A stretch of 64,000 nucleotides of DNA from Dictyostelium discoideum (GCA_000004695.1 CM000151.3:8256001-8320000), one strand, 5' to 3'; numbered from the stretch's first letter, positions 1 to 13,194 are shown. Notes: generated by a model from the sequence alone, not told the origin. Numbers and translations: made by a program.

Positions 1-299
1 AAATTAATTCTCCATTAATTGAAAATCTTAAAAATCCATTCTTACAATCTTTTATTTATGGTGATATTAAAATTTGTGATATCATTCTCAAATATTATCC
101 AAATCAATTTAAAATCACTAAAGATTCAATCACTAAAGCATTAAAATTCGATAGAATCCATATTATTAAATATTATTATAAAGTTGATAATTGTAAAAAT
201 TTAATTAATAATTTTAAAAATGATAATAATTTATTGGAACATTTAAAAAATGAATTATCAAAACATCCAATTTATAAATATCATTTAACTTGGTTATAA
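1..299 (+). CDS. 3' end (5'-partial) of a large Asn-rich protein, tandem paralog of the 1029..5279 gene
   Basis: Open frame from the window edge to TAA at 297-299. The last ~97 aa (..GDIKICDIILKYYPNQFK..KVDNCKNLINNFKNDNNL..YKYHLTWL*) are ~80-85% identical to the C-terminus of ORF 1029..5279. Confidence 0.6.
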   Translation, partial: INSPLIENLKNPFLQSFIYGDIKICDIILKYYPNQFKITKDSITKALKFDRIHIIKYYYKVDNCKNLINNFKNDNNLLEHLKNELSKHPIYKYHLTWL

Positions 300-785
300 A
301 AAAAAAAAAAAAACTAAAAAAAAAGACAAACTATAATAATAAATAGATAAAAACTTTAAAAAAATTAATTGTCAAAATAATCAGTTATAAAAATCATTTA
401 ACTTAAAGTTATGAATGCCAAAAAAACAAATAAAAAAAAAAAAAATAAAAAAAAAAAAAATAAAAAAATAGTAGTAATAAAAATAAAAATAAAATTTTTT
501 ATTATTTAAATTTATAATAATTTATTCATCAAAATTACATTTTTTTTTTTTTTTTTTTAGAATCAATATTAATTATATTTTTAGAATTTTATTTCAACCA
601 AACGGATACACTTGGGACCTTTGTTTTACTTTTATACTTTTTTTTTTTTTTTTTTTGGCCTAAATTTTTATTATTCAAAATTGTGTTCAAATATGTTTTT
701 TTTTTTTTTGATATTTTTAATAATAATAATAAGAAAAAAAAAAAAACATTATCATTTTAATTATAATAATAATAATTTATAACAG

Positions 786-845
<60 letters not shown>

Positions 846-931
846 ATCATGATATAATATTATCTAAATTTGCTGTGAACAGATCTTAAAAAATTAAAAT
901 TATAAAAATTATAAAAAAATTAAAAAAAAAA

Positions 932-962
<31 letters not shown>

Positions 963-1028
963 TTACCCACATTTTAAAATTTTTTTTTTTTTTTTTTTTG
1001 TCATAGTAATAATAGAAACAAATAGATA

Positions 1029-1322
1029 TTGCAAATGGAAATACATGAAATATTATTTTGGAAAGTTTTTAAAAATAAATTTATATTAAATGAAATATTT
1101 TATCAAATTCACAGCAATCAATGGGTAGAATATGATGAATCAAATAAATATAATGTTACCAATAGATGTAAATTTGGAAACACTCACTTCTTACAAATAA
1201 TGATAAAAAACGATCTACTCTCATTAATTAAAGATAAAATCAAACATGGTGATCATATAGAAATTACTCCCTCTTCAATAAAAGAACTTTTCTCAAAATT
1301 ATCAAAAATAAAACAACCATCA

Positions 1323-1390
<68 letters not shown>

Positions 1391-1874
1391 TAAAAATAAA
1401 TATAAAGATGAAGATTATTTAGAAATTATTGAATTATTAATGAAACATAGAAGAGATGAATTTGAAATTTATGATTTAATAAAGATAGCAGTAGCTACTT
1501 TTTCACCAGATGTTATTAGATTATTAGTTAATGAACCATATTCAGTTATAATTTATCCAACAACATTTGAATTTGCAATTATAAATTCAAATTTAGAAAC
1601 AATTAAAGAATTAGTAAATTTAGAACCAATAAATTTTAAAAATTATGGTATTAAATTAATAACAGAACAATTCAAAAGAAAATCATTATCATTAGCAACC
1701 CAAAGAACAACTCTTAAAACTACAATCACTGAATACATTTTTAGTAATCCATCACTACACTCAATACCACCACCATTATCACTAATAATAAATAATCAAC
1801 AAGACCCATCAACAAATAAAAGATTAAAAACATCTGAAACTTTACTTTCAAATTCAAATAATAACAATAACAAC

Positions 1875-1906
<32 letters not shown>

Positions 1907-2477
1907 TAATAATAATAAAAATAATAATGAAGAAATAAAATATGAATATATTAAATTTTATGACTTTTTAAAATTAAAATCAAGTAATTTATTAAAATCA
2001 TTTATGGAATTAGATATAGTTTTAAAAGGATTAAAAAAGAAATTAAATTCATTTATTAAAATGTATCATCCATATGAAAGATTACAAATTGATATTAGAA
2101 TTATACTAAAGTATGGAGATACAATTTCAGATATAAAAAAAAGAGAAGAGATTTTAGAAGAAATGAATCAAATTGATACAAATAAAAAAACAGGTTTTAA
2201 TAAATTAAAACAGTTAAGAAAATTAGTAGCAATAGAATTCCCAAATCAAAAAAACTTTTATTACTATTATTGGAAAGCATATGGTGATAAAATTAAAGAA
2301 CTTGGTAAAGTACCACCAAAAATTCCACCTCAAAACACAACTGATGAAATTTTTGAATACCTTTATTCTGAAGAATATTTAAATCAATTTAATGATGATG
2401 ATTATGGTGATGATGAAGAACCACAAAATAATAATAACAACAATAACAATAACAATAATAATAACAATATTATTATT

Positions 2478-2562
<85 letters not shown>

Positions 2563-3766
2563 TAAATAATAATGAGATAGAGAATGAAGGAGGGAATATT
2601 CAAGTTGAAAATGAAGGAAATGTTGAAGATATGGATGGTGATGAATTATTAGAGCAATTAGAGACAGTAGTGAATGATGGTGAATCAGATTCTGATAGGG
2701 AATTTAATAATGAAGTTGATGAAGAAAAGGGAGATACAATTACTATTAAAAGAGAATATATTAATAATTTTAATAAATATAAAAAAGAAACAGTTTATAA
2801 TATATCCAATAGATATTCAAATTCTACCAATTTATTTTTGGATTCAATTAGGGAATGTGATATTGAAACCTTAGAAAAGATAGATCAACTCCATAATTTA
2901 GAGTTTAAATTGGATGTTTCAAGATTTCATTATTTTCAATTACCAAAAGAAAGAAAAGATATAATGAAAGTTTGGGAATACTTTAATCATCATGGATTTA
3001 AACAATTTGGGTCAAGTCAAAAAGCTTTTATTGAATTTGTTTCAAGTGTGGCAGATGTGATATCACCACTTTCAGAATTGAAAATAACAAATACTTGTAA
3101 ATCAATCTCTAGAAACTATGATTTTATATTATATAGAACATTATTTAGAAAGAAATTTAATGTTTTCGAATTACTTTTAAGACATTCCACTCTTTCTTGG
3201 TTTCCATTTTTAGAGAATGATCAATTCTTGGAGATTTTAAATCAAGAAAAGGTGATATTCAATCATCAATGTGAAGTGATTCAATTTGATAATAAATATC
3301 TTGATCAAATAATCAGATTAATTGAATTCAGTGTTGGGAAATTTCAATTGGTTGAAAAAGCTAGAGATCATTTATTGGCACAAGGATTTCAAGTTGGTAT
3401 TAGAATTGTAAATTATTTATATGATGAATTAATTAGAATTAAAGGTGTGACAATAGATCAATTAGAATATGTTAGATCAATTATTCCAAAGGAAGCATTA
3501 AATACACCATATGAAATCTATCGAGTTTTCTTTTATCTTAATATCAGATCTCCAAAATTAACAAGATACATAATGTATAGACCTGCAACCATTGAATTCA
3601 TATCAACCTCTGAATTATTTATTAGTCATTATAATTGTAGTGATCCAACAACAATTGATGAAATTGGTTTTGATTTTAAAAAATATTTAAATTTAGATAT
3701 ATTCACATATGATTATATATTAGGTAGAGAGAATATTAGAAATGTTTCTATTAATAGTAGTAGTAT

Positions 3767-3816
<50 letters not shown>

Positions 3817-5279
3817 ATAAAAGATTTATAACTCAATTCGATACAATATTAAAAGAATTAATGAAACAATTATCACATGATATTTGTACAAACATTAGTA
3901 ATAGAGATAATATTGTTCATGGTCAAGATTTCTTTAATCACTCATTAAATGCAGATTTAAGATTTAGTTTAGCTATTGGTAGAAAGGATTTATTTTGGGA
4001 ATTATTAGATTGGATTCAACAATATATAAATAAAAATGAAAATTTAATGAAGTATCAAGTTTATCAATTTAATTCACCATATGAATCATTATTACCAACT
4101 GGTAGTTTATTTTCAAATGTAAAAACAATTATAAAAGAATTACCAACGACAACAACAACAACAACAAGAACAAGAACGACAACAACATCAACAACAACTG
4201 AAACTAAAATATTAAAAATTGATAATTTTGAAAGACCAATACCGAATGAATCAACAATTCAAATTGATTGGAATGAAAATAAATTAATTGGACCATTTAA
4301 ACCAATTCGTAAACTTATAAATTCATTTAAATATATTGATATTGTTATGAATTCAATTTGTAAATTAATGGATGTAAATGAATTTCAAAGATTTATTCAA
4401 TATAATTTCTTTGAATCAGATTTTCAATTTACAATTTATTCATATGCAGTATATAATAATAGAGATGATTTAATGTCATTCCTATTAAATAATTATATTA
4501 TTGAAATTGATAGATTCCCATTCTTTCATCCAGAAAGAGGCTATTCACAATATTTAGAATGTAAATTCATCTTTGAAAATCATTTCGAAAGAGTAAAGAA
4601 TCTTTCAAATTTAACTTTGGAATGGTGTGAAAGAAGAGATTTAGATTTCTCATTCTCTCTATTGAATGATTTTATTAAATATCTTTGTAAAGCAAAGCAT
4701 ATAACAACCTATAATCAGTTTATTCAAGATGATAATTTACAAATTAGAAATAAAATTATTAAAGAAATAATTGAAGAATTAAAGAAACAATATGACTCGA
4801 TCTTAGATGTAGTTGAAGATGAAGATATTAAAAAAGAGAATATCGCATGTCTATTAAAAAATCAAAAACATAAAGTTTCACTCATTCAATCAATTATTGA
4901 ACAACCAGATACTCAATTATACTTTAAATCAACTTTAGAAAAAATTATATTAGAATTAAAAGAGAAAAGAAAAATTAATGAAATTAATTCTCCATTCATT
5001 AAAGATGATCAAAATCCATTCTTGGATTCTTTTATTCATGGTGATATTAAAACTTGTAATATCATTCTCAAATATTATCCAAATCAATTTAAATTCACTA
5101 CAAGTTCAATCACTAAGGCATTAGGATTAGATAAAATTCATATTATTAAATATTTTTATAAAGTTGATAATTGTAAAAATTTAATTAATAATTTTAAAAA
5201 TGATAATAATTTATTAAAACATTTAAAAAATGAATTATTAAAACATCCAGTTTATAAATATCATTTAACTTGGTTATAA
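1029..5279 (+). CDS. large (1416 aa) single-exon protein of unknown function with poly-Asn, poly-Ser and poly-Thr tracts
   Basis: Uninterrupted 4.25 kb ORF with A/T-ending (Dictyostelium-like) codon usage. Homopolymeric tracts (N20, N16+, S17, T-rich) are encoded by AAT/AGT/ACA repeats. The C-terminus is paralogous to the partial ORF at 1..299. Confidence 0.7.
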
Positions 5280-5387
5280 AAAACAAATAAAAATAATAAA
5301 AACAAATAAAAACAATTAAAAAATTAAAAATTAACTTTTAAAAATAAAAATAAAATAAAATTCTTTAAAAAGACTGCAAATAACGCT

Positions 5388-5431
<44 letters not shown>

Positions 5432-5908
5432 TATTTTTTTTTTTTTAAAATAAATAATTATAAAATATATGAAAAAATAATTAAATAAAATAATTTTTAT
5501 ATTTTTATTTTATTTATTTTAATTTAATTTTTTTATTTATTTTTATTTAACAATAATAAAATAATAAATAAAAAAATAAAAATAAAAAAATAAAAATAAA
5601 AAAATAAAAATAAAAAAATAAAAATAAAAAAATAAAAAAAAGAAAATAAAAAAAAAGAAAATAATTTTTTTTTGCCCTTAAAATGATTGGTTAGTTGGAA
5701 AAAAAATCTTTTTTATTATCATAAAAGTGAGTAAAAAAAAAAATATAAAAAATTAAAAAAATTAAAAAAATTTAGAAAAATGTTGCTACATCCAAAAATA
5801 AAAATCATCTTATTCCACCAAACTTCGTGCAAGGTTTTTTTTTTACAGTTTCAAATAAATAAAAATGAATAAAAATTGGAATTAAATGGTAAACCGTTTA
5901 CAAAAAAA

Positions 5909-6033
5909 ATGTCACTTTGCTGGCATTTTTTTTTATTGATAGATTTGGTTTATTTTTTCTTTTCTTTTTTTTTTTTTTTTTTTTTTATAATGTCACTTTG
6001 TTGGCATTTTTTTTATTGATTGATTTGGTTAAT

Positions 6034-6064
<31 letters not shown>

Positions 6065-6065
6065 C
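5909..6065. repeat. tandem duplication (2 x ~81 bp) in the 5' flank of the Stealth-like gene
   Basis: ATGTCACTTTG(C/T)TGGCATTTTTTT..ATTGAT(A/T)GATTTGGTT..TTTCTTTTCTTTT occurs at 5909-5989 and again at 5990-6065, 140-290 bp upstream of the ATG at 6203. Confidence 0.6.
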
Positions 6066-6070
6066 CAATG

Positions 6071-6102
<32 letters not shown>

Positions 6103-6202
6103 AAAAAAAATTAATAAATGAAAAAATAATAATAAATAAAATAATAAAAATAATAAAAATAAAAAAAAAAAAAAAATAAAATAAAATAATAAAAATAAAA
6201 AA

Positions 6203-6301
6203 ATGTTATTAAAAAGAGTAGATACTTTGACAATAACATTAATACTGATAATTCTTTTTTTTATTTATCAACCTTTATTTTTTGGTCATGTTAAAAATAG
6301 T

Positions 6302-6348
<47 letters not shown>

Positions 6349-7749
6349 TAATAATAATAATAAAAATAATAATTATTATTATTATAATTATAATATAAAA
6401 AATAATAATAAAAATAATAAAAATAAAAATAATAATAAAAATAAAAATAGTAATAATAATAATAATAATAATAATGACGGTAATGAAGCAGGATTACCCA
6501 ATTTAGAATTGAATAGTATAATTAATGAAGAAATAATTTATGATGATTTTAAATCAATACCAATAGAATTGAATGAAAATGAAAAGATAGTAAAGGATAT
6601 TGTAATGTCTAGAGAGTGTGAATATGTCGATTTAGTATATACATGGGTAAATGGTTCAGACCCAAAACATTTTGCAACAAAACAAAAATTAAAAAATAAA
6701 AGTCAAATAGTACCCGCTTCATCTTTTAGAGATATTGGTACTTTAAAATATTCTTTAAGAAGTGTTAGACAATATGCTCCTTGGATAAAGAATATTTATA
6801 TAATTACAGCTGACCAAAAACCTGATTGGTTCGACTCTGAAAATCCTGATAATGTTAGATTTATTTCTCATAGGGATTATTTTCACAATAAGTAAATATT
6901 TACTTCTTTTTTAAAAATAACCTCTTCTTAAATCATAATATATGTTAATTTTTTTTTTTTTTTTTTTTTTTCTTTCTTTTTTTTAGGTCAGATTTACCAA
7001 CATTTAATTCAAATGCGATTGAAGCAAATTTTTGGAATTTACCAGTACAAGTTTCAAATTGTTTTTTATATTTAAATGATGATATTTATTTTAGTAGACC
7101 AGTAAATCAGAGTGATTATTTTGATGAAAATTTTAATCAAGTTGTTTTTACAACACAAGATGAATTGTGGACAAAATCAGAAAATCTTAACAAATTTGAT
7201 CAATATAGTAAAGCGATACTATTCACAAATAGAGCATTAGCATCAGTTTGGCAAGAGATTGTGATAAGGAAATTCCCAGCTCATGGAGTTCAGATTTTTA
7301 ATAGAAAGATATGGTATAAAATTCAAGAAGAATTTGGTACAGCTTTAGAGATAACATCATCAAATAAATTTAGAAGTATTTTAGATTTTCAAATTGGGCA
7401 TTTATATAATCAAGTTGCCATGAAACATTCAAATTGTACAATCAAGAATGACTCTGATGTATTGTATATTTTATTAAATGTAGACAAATACGATCAACAG
7501 TTATCATTGGTGAATTCATCTAGAAATCAAATGAATACAGTATGTTTAAATGATGGTTTAGATTTTTTTAATAATGATCTTCAAAAGAAATTTGATAATA
7601 CATTTAATTATTTATTTCCAAATCCATCACCTTTTGAAATCAAACCATTACCATTTCAAAAAAATTTCATTTTTGCTATTATTTTTGTATTATTACTATT
7701 ATTAATTTTAAAAGTTTTAATAACAAAAAAGAAAATATTTATTTATTAA
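6203..7749 (+). CDS. Stealth-family protein / GlcNAc-1-phosphotransferase-like, type II membrane protein; exons 6203..6891 and 6987..7749
   Basis: N-terminal signal-anchor. Stealth CR1 motif (YVDLVYTWVNGSDPK), CR2-like motif (IYIITADQKPDWF) and CR3-like motif (FLYLNDDIYF). One intron (GTAAAT..TTTTAG, 95 bp, phase 2) keeps the frame into ORF 7165..7749. Confidence 0.75.
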
Positions 7750-7836
7750 AAATTGTACAAATAAAAATTATTTATTTATTTATTTATTTATTCGTTTAAA
7801 ACCAATTTGTGTATTTTTTTTTTTTTTTTTTTTTTC

Positions 7837-8397
7837 TTAAGAGTCTACACTAAATTTACAAACAACAAAGCCATTATAAATTTTAATGAGACTACCACCA
7901 TTGTATGCTAAATCAGTGATATCATGACCATAGATACCATATCTACCATATGATTTAGCTCTATTTAACATGCCATTGATATTACCAGGATTACCAGATT
8001 CTTTTTCTTCCTCTTGATAAACCCATTGCCAAGCTTTTGAATAAATTGCCAAGAGTTCAATATTTGTTAATGCAATTGATGGATCTGATCTTGTAACTTT
8101 GATAGTGGCTTTATTAGATAAATAACTAGTTATACGACAATAAACATATTTAAAATCAATATTTTTATCAGATAAATTATTTTCAATTATCTTTATTTTT
8201 AATTCTTCTTGTTTTACTCTTTCAATTCTTAATTGGTTATCTTTCAACAATTGTTCTTTAAATTGATCGATATTATTAAATTGATAACATGGACAACCTG
8301 CATATGGTAATAAATCTTCAATTTCATTAAGTACCTCTGAATCTTCAATTAATTTTAAATCTTCTTTACTTGCATCACAAAATAATAATTTATCCAT
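7837..8397 (-). CDS. hypothetical protein (186 aa), single exon
   Basis: Intact ORF with non-repetitive composition and typical codon usage (..GCPCYQF..YGRYGIYGHDITDLAYNGG..). No family recognised with certainty. Confidence 0.5.
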   Translation of the reverse strand: MDKLLFCDASKEDLKLIEDSEVLNEIEDLLPYAGCPCYQFNNIDQFKEQLLKDNQLRIERVKQEELKIKIIENNLSDKNIDFKYVYCRITSYLSNKATIKVTRSDPSIALTNIELLAIYSKAWQWVYQEEEKESGNPGNINGMLNRAKSYGRYGIYGHDITDLAYNGGSLIKIYNGFVVCKFSVDS

Positions 8398-8671
8398 TTC
8401 CTATTGTATTATATATAACCAAACAATTATCTTTTATTTATTTATTTTTTTATAAAAAACTAATTGAACAAACAAAAAAAAAAAAAACAAAAACAAAACT
8501 ATTTATCCTCAAAAAAAAAATAAAAAAAAAACCAAAATAAAAACAAATCATTTCATTGTTTTTCTTAGAAAATGATGTTTTATTGTTTTGTTTTTTTTTT
8601 TTTTTCATTTTTTTTTTTTTTATTTTTTTTATTTTTTTTATTTTTTTTATTTTTTTCTTTGAAACACACAT

Positions 8672-8859
8672 CTATTGACTATCGTAAATAAGTTTTGTTA
8701 ATTGAAAATACATTTTATTTGTTGATTCTTTTGAATTTGTTATTTCAATTAATTGAATTGATTCATGATTTGCTAAAATTTTAATTTTTTCATATTCTGG
8801 GTCATTATCATTTAAATGAGTTTTATCCAAAACTATTATTATTGTTGCTTTTGAATTTA

Positions 8860-8905
<46 letters not shown>

Positions 8906-9361
8906 TTTATTATTGAACCAATTTAACCAGCTATAAATATTAAACCAATCTTTCCAATTATTATTATTATTTGTTTGATTCTTTTTAATTTCGGTTAACC
9001 ATTTTTTTAATATTTCAAAAGATGTATAAAATGAATTGTTATAACTATTATTAAGAGGGTTATAAACTAATATATAACCATCAACACCTTTAAAATAAAA
9101 ATCTTTAAAATATATAAAAGTTTCACTATATTCATTAACATCATAAATAAATAATTTAAACTTTTCACTGGTATCTTTAAATTCTATATTTTTTATTCTA
9201 AACTCTGTTTTAATTTTTACAAGTTCATCATCTTCATCGTCGTCATCACCAAATCTTTTAAAACTCTTTTTTTCATTATTATTAAAATCCCAATAATCTC
9301 CAAACAATACTATCTTATATTTTTTATTATTACTATTATTATTATTATTTTTATTTTGCAT
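8672..9361 (-). CDS. Ras-superfamily small-GTPase-like protein with degenerate nucleotide-binding motifs (possible pseudo-GTPase)
   Basis: Ras-fold order: KIVLFGD.., FKLFIYDVNEY, FKGVDGYILVY, IIIVLDKTHL, ITNSKES. The canonical GxxxxGK[ST] P-loop and DTAGQE motifs are not conserved. Confidence 0.5.
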
Positions 9362-9859
9362 TTAAAAATATCTTTTTTTATTTTGAAATTCCAAAAAAAA
9401 AAAAAAGGGTTTTTTTTTTTTTTTAATTGCAACAAAATTATTTTGGTTATAACAAAAAAAAAAAAAAAAAATAAAGATATATAAAAAAAAAAATAAAAAT
9501 AAAAATTTTTAAAACATTATTAAATAAATTTGAGTTTTCTGTTTTTTTCTTTTTCGATGAAAAAAAAATTTTATAATTAAATTATTTATTTATTTGTTTA
9601 TTTTTTTATTTATATATTTATTTATTTATTTTTTTATATATGGCGATCTATTTTTTCATGCAAAAAAAAATAAAAATAAACAATACAATTAAATTTTTTT
9701 TTTTTTTCATTTTATTTTTCTTTTTTTTACCATTTTATCATAATAATTAATTAATTAATTCAAAAAAACACTAAAAATAAATAAATTAGATTTACCACAC
9801 TAAATTTTTATTTTTTATTTATTTTTATTTATATATTTTATTTTATTTTTTATTTATTT

Positions 9860-12822
9860 TTAAATTGATTGAGGAAATTCAACAGGATTCATTTTAAAGT
9901 TTCTTGCAGAAATTGGACAAATAAAAGGTATTTGGAAACATTTTGGATGAACTATTGTACCATTTGGAAAGTAAACGAAAACACGATCACTAATTGGTTT
10001 TGAACAAACGGCACAACGTCTATCGGGACCAATATAAACCGAAGCAGAACAAACCATCATATATTCGGATTTAGTTGATAGATTTAAAGATTTTTGTAAA
10101 TTTTTAACGATTTTAGATTCACGTTGTTGACTAATTGAATAATTGAAGCTATTTGAAAGATAACTCTCTAATAAATTAATTGGTATAGAGTTTGGTAATA
10201 GTGCCAAAACCTTTATTGGATCCATTTCTTCATAATAATGATTTAAAAATTCAATGATATAACGTGGTATAATCGGCTCACCATTTGAATCTTTTATAAG
10301 TGAATTTGTTAATTGATTCTTTACACTACTCTTTAAACTTTGTTCTTTATAATTTAAATAAGTTCTTAATAAACATAAAAATAATTCTTGTCTTTTTGAA
10401 TCATATAATGATGATTTTGGTAAATTTGAATCATTATTATTATTATTATTATTATTATTTAAATTATTATTATTATTAATTAAATTAAAACCTTGTATTG
10501 GTGATGAAGATATTTGAATATTATTATTTATATTATTTATATTTTGTTGTGATAATCTAATTGAATTTCTTAAATTTGTTGTTGATGGTGAAGTACCCAT
10601 GATTGTTGGTGATGATGAATTTGGTGTATTTGAAGATGTTGGTGTTATTGTAGTTTGAGTACTAACTACATTTGTAATTGATAAACTAAAATTTGGATCA
10701 AAAGATTCACAAATATATTCAGCTTTTTTAAAATTATTTAATTTCCAAACTATAATATTAAACATCTTTTCATATTGACCGATTCTAAGATAAAGTATAA
10801 CCAATTCTTCATAGAGTAAACTATTACGAACACGATGTAACAATGTTGAAGCATTATAACAATTTGATAATTCCAATAGATTAATCAATTTTTGTCTATC
10901 AGAATTTGCAATTGGTATATCGGTTCTACCTTGAGAAGATTGTAATTCTGGGCAATTCTTAAAGATTTGTTCAATATATGAAGTTGCTAACTTTGTATGT
11001 AAATAATCAACCCTATTCTCTTCTTGATAAATTAAATATTCTAAATAGATTTGAAAATAGTAATCACCAAATGGTGTTAAAAATTCAATAACATCATCAA
11101 TTATAAATTGATCTTTTCTTTTCTTTAAAAATATTTTCATTGGTAATTGTTTTATAGAATCATCATCATCATCATCACCATCATCTTGGTTGTCTTTATT
11201 ATTATTATTATTATTATTATTTCGTTGTTGTTGTTGTTCTTGTGTAATTTTAATTAAAAATGGTGTAAATTCCCAAACCAATTCTTTATTTGGTTCTGGT
11301 AATATATCTTGATTTTGTTTACATTCTAAAAGTTGAATTGATTCTTCAATACCATTACAATTGAAATGATCTGATAATTCACCCAATGATAATCTATTCC
11401 AAAGTAATAATGCTTTTCTATACTTTTCAGTATACTGATAAACCAATCCTAATTGTTTATAAAGTTGTTTATTATTTAACCATTCTTCAACATCTTGAAT
11501 ATAGAATTGATTATTAATTACACTATTACCACCATTAACTCTACATTTTGCTAATAATGATATTAATTTTGAAATTTTATTTGATTCAGAATATAGCTTT
11601 AATAAAACTGTTGTTAAATCTTTAAATTCTTCACTACCACTTAACAATGCATTACTACTACTATTAATATTATTTATATAATGTTCTAAATATAAAGTTA
11701 ATTGCGATTTTGAATCATCAATTAATGAATCTACATCTTTTAATTCAATTGTATTTGGTGCATTTGAAATTGCACTATCTTTAATGGATTTGAAAATATC
11801 AGATTGATCAAATGGTGAACGATAGTTAGTTTGATAGGGCATATAAGTTGGAAAGAATGATATGATAGCACGGTGATCCAATTTTGATAATTGGAGATAC
11901 TTGAATGCTGAAGAGAATTTAAATCTATAGAATTCCGACATTGCAACCAATTCATAAACTTTGCAAAGTCTAGCTTGGTGAATTTGTTTCTCCCTATTTG
12001 GGTCGTACCCATCCTCGAGCTCGGCCCTCTCCCTCTTGAAAAATATTTCAAACAACCTTATGGCCTCCTCATGCTCGCCCCTATTAATCAATTGGTGTAC
12101 TAAATCATCGATATTCCCAACATGCAAACAGTACACGGAATTGGGTGAACTGCCATACAAAACTATGAAATCCTTGCCATTACCACGTCCTTCGAAAATC
12201 TGTTGGAATGATATCACTGACGATGACGACGATGCGCCTTTATTATGCGAACTATTATTCAACTCTTGAATGAGTTTTTGGTTTTTCATATCGTGTATGT
12301 TTATGCACCGGTTGTGGAGTATGGTGATGAGGTATGGCTCCAGGTACGACATCGACATTGGATTGCTGTCCCAAATGATTGACCCTTGGACAATGTCACC
12401 TTGCAAATCCACCAACACCGATAGGTCCACTGTCGTCAATAGGAATTTCTCTTGATCCAATATTAACTTTGTACGTGGACCCGGTACATTCTTATCCAAC
12501 TCCAATAGACTCTTATAGAGTCCACTATCGGCATCAACGATTGCATACTCTTTTCTACTTCCAACACATAAACTTGTTTTACACCATTCAACCGTTAATG
12601 CTAACTCTGGTAATGCAATCTCCCTATACATATCAAATACACCAATAAATTCATAAAGTGTTAATTTCCTTTTTGTAACAACACATATCTTAAATTCTTG
12701 ACTCTTTTTCTTTGAACAAAATGTTATTACACCTTTATTTGTTGATATACCATTTTGAGTATTTGGTCCATCTAAATTATACATACTAAAAACATCTAAA
12801 TTACCATCTATATATATTTATA

Positions 12823-12874
<52 letters not shown>

Positions 12875-13194
12875 TAAGTGTAATTCTTTAAATAGGAAAA
12901 AAAAAAAAAAAAAGAATTAAATAATTTATACTTACCACAAAGAGTTAATAATTTACCAATATCTGCAATTAATAATAATTTATCAACAGGTTTTTTACCA
13001 TATCCTAATGATTTACTATTTTCCATTCTACTTTTAAAGGTAATTTTTTTATTATTTTCTACTTTTTCAATGATATATAATAAAATTTGACCATCATTTG
13101 TACCTAAATATATATTATTTTGCCAAATTTCAATCGATTCAATTTTGCATGGTGCATTCTTTATTATTGGTATTAATTCAAATGGATTTAACAT
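9860..13194 (-). CDS. vps39: Vps39/Vam6-like HOPS-type tethering subunit (CNH domain + C-terminal Vps39-type zinc-finger region); exons complement(12936..13194) and complement(9860..12807)
   Basis: Exon 1 (ORF 12871..13194) gives MLNPFELIPII..IYLGTNDGQILLY, the CNH start. Donor TGTG|GTAAGT and acceptor ..TATATAG|ATGGTAAT (phase 1, 128-bp intron) join in frame to the 974-aa ORF. The CNH region aligns with human VPS39 (WCKTSLCVGSRKEYAIVDADSG ~ WCENSICVGFKRDYYLIRVDGKG). C-terminus is CAVCSKPISDRVFVYFPNGTIVHPKC. Confidence 0.8.

Noticed and set aside
2379-2603. Antisense or out-of-frame poly-I/poly-L/poly-V 'ORFs' (also 50829..51149, 50884..51090, 60738..61274, 61357..61857, 62174..62488, 62505..63041, 63019..63354, 63476..63892 and others)
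   Set aside because: They are mirror images or frame-shifted readings of (AAT)n/(CAA)n coding repeats of real genes on the other strand or frame. They have no independent start context or complexity.
12036-12648. Three plus-strand ORFs (12036..12269, 12270..12455, 12379..12648) and minus ORF 11740..12051 inside the Vps39-like gene
   Set aside because: They are a by-product of the GC-rich island, where there are fewer stop codons. All are out of frame with or antisense to the conserved CNH-domain reading frame.
12871-13194. ORF 12871..13194 as a separate 107-aa gene
   Set aside because: It is exon 1 of the Vps39-like gene. The reading past 12936 (GKYKLFNSFFFFF..) is intron read-through after the GTAAGT donor.
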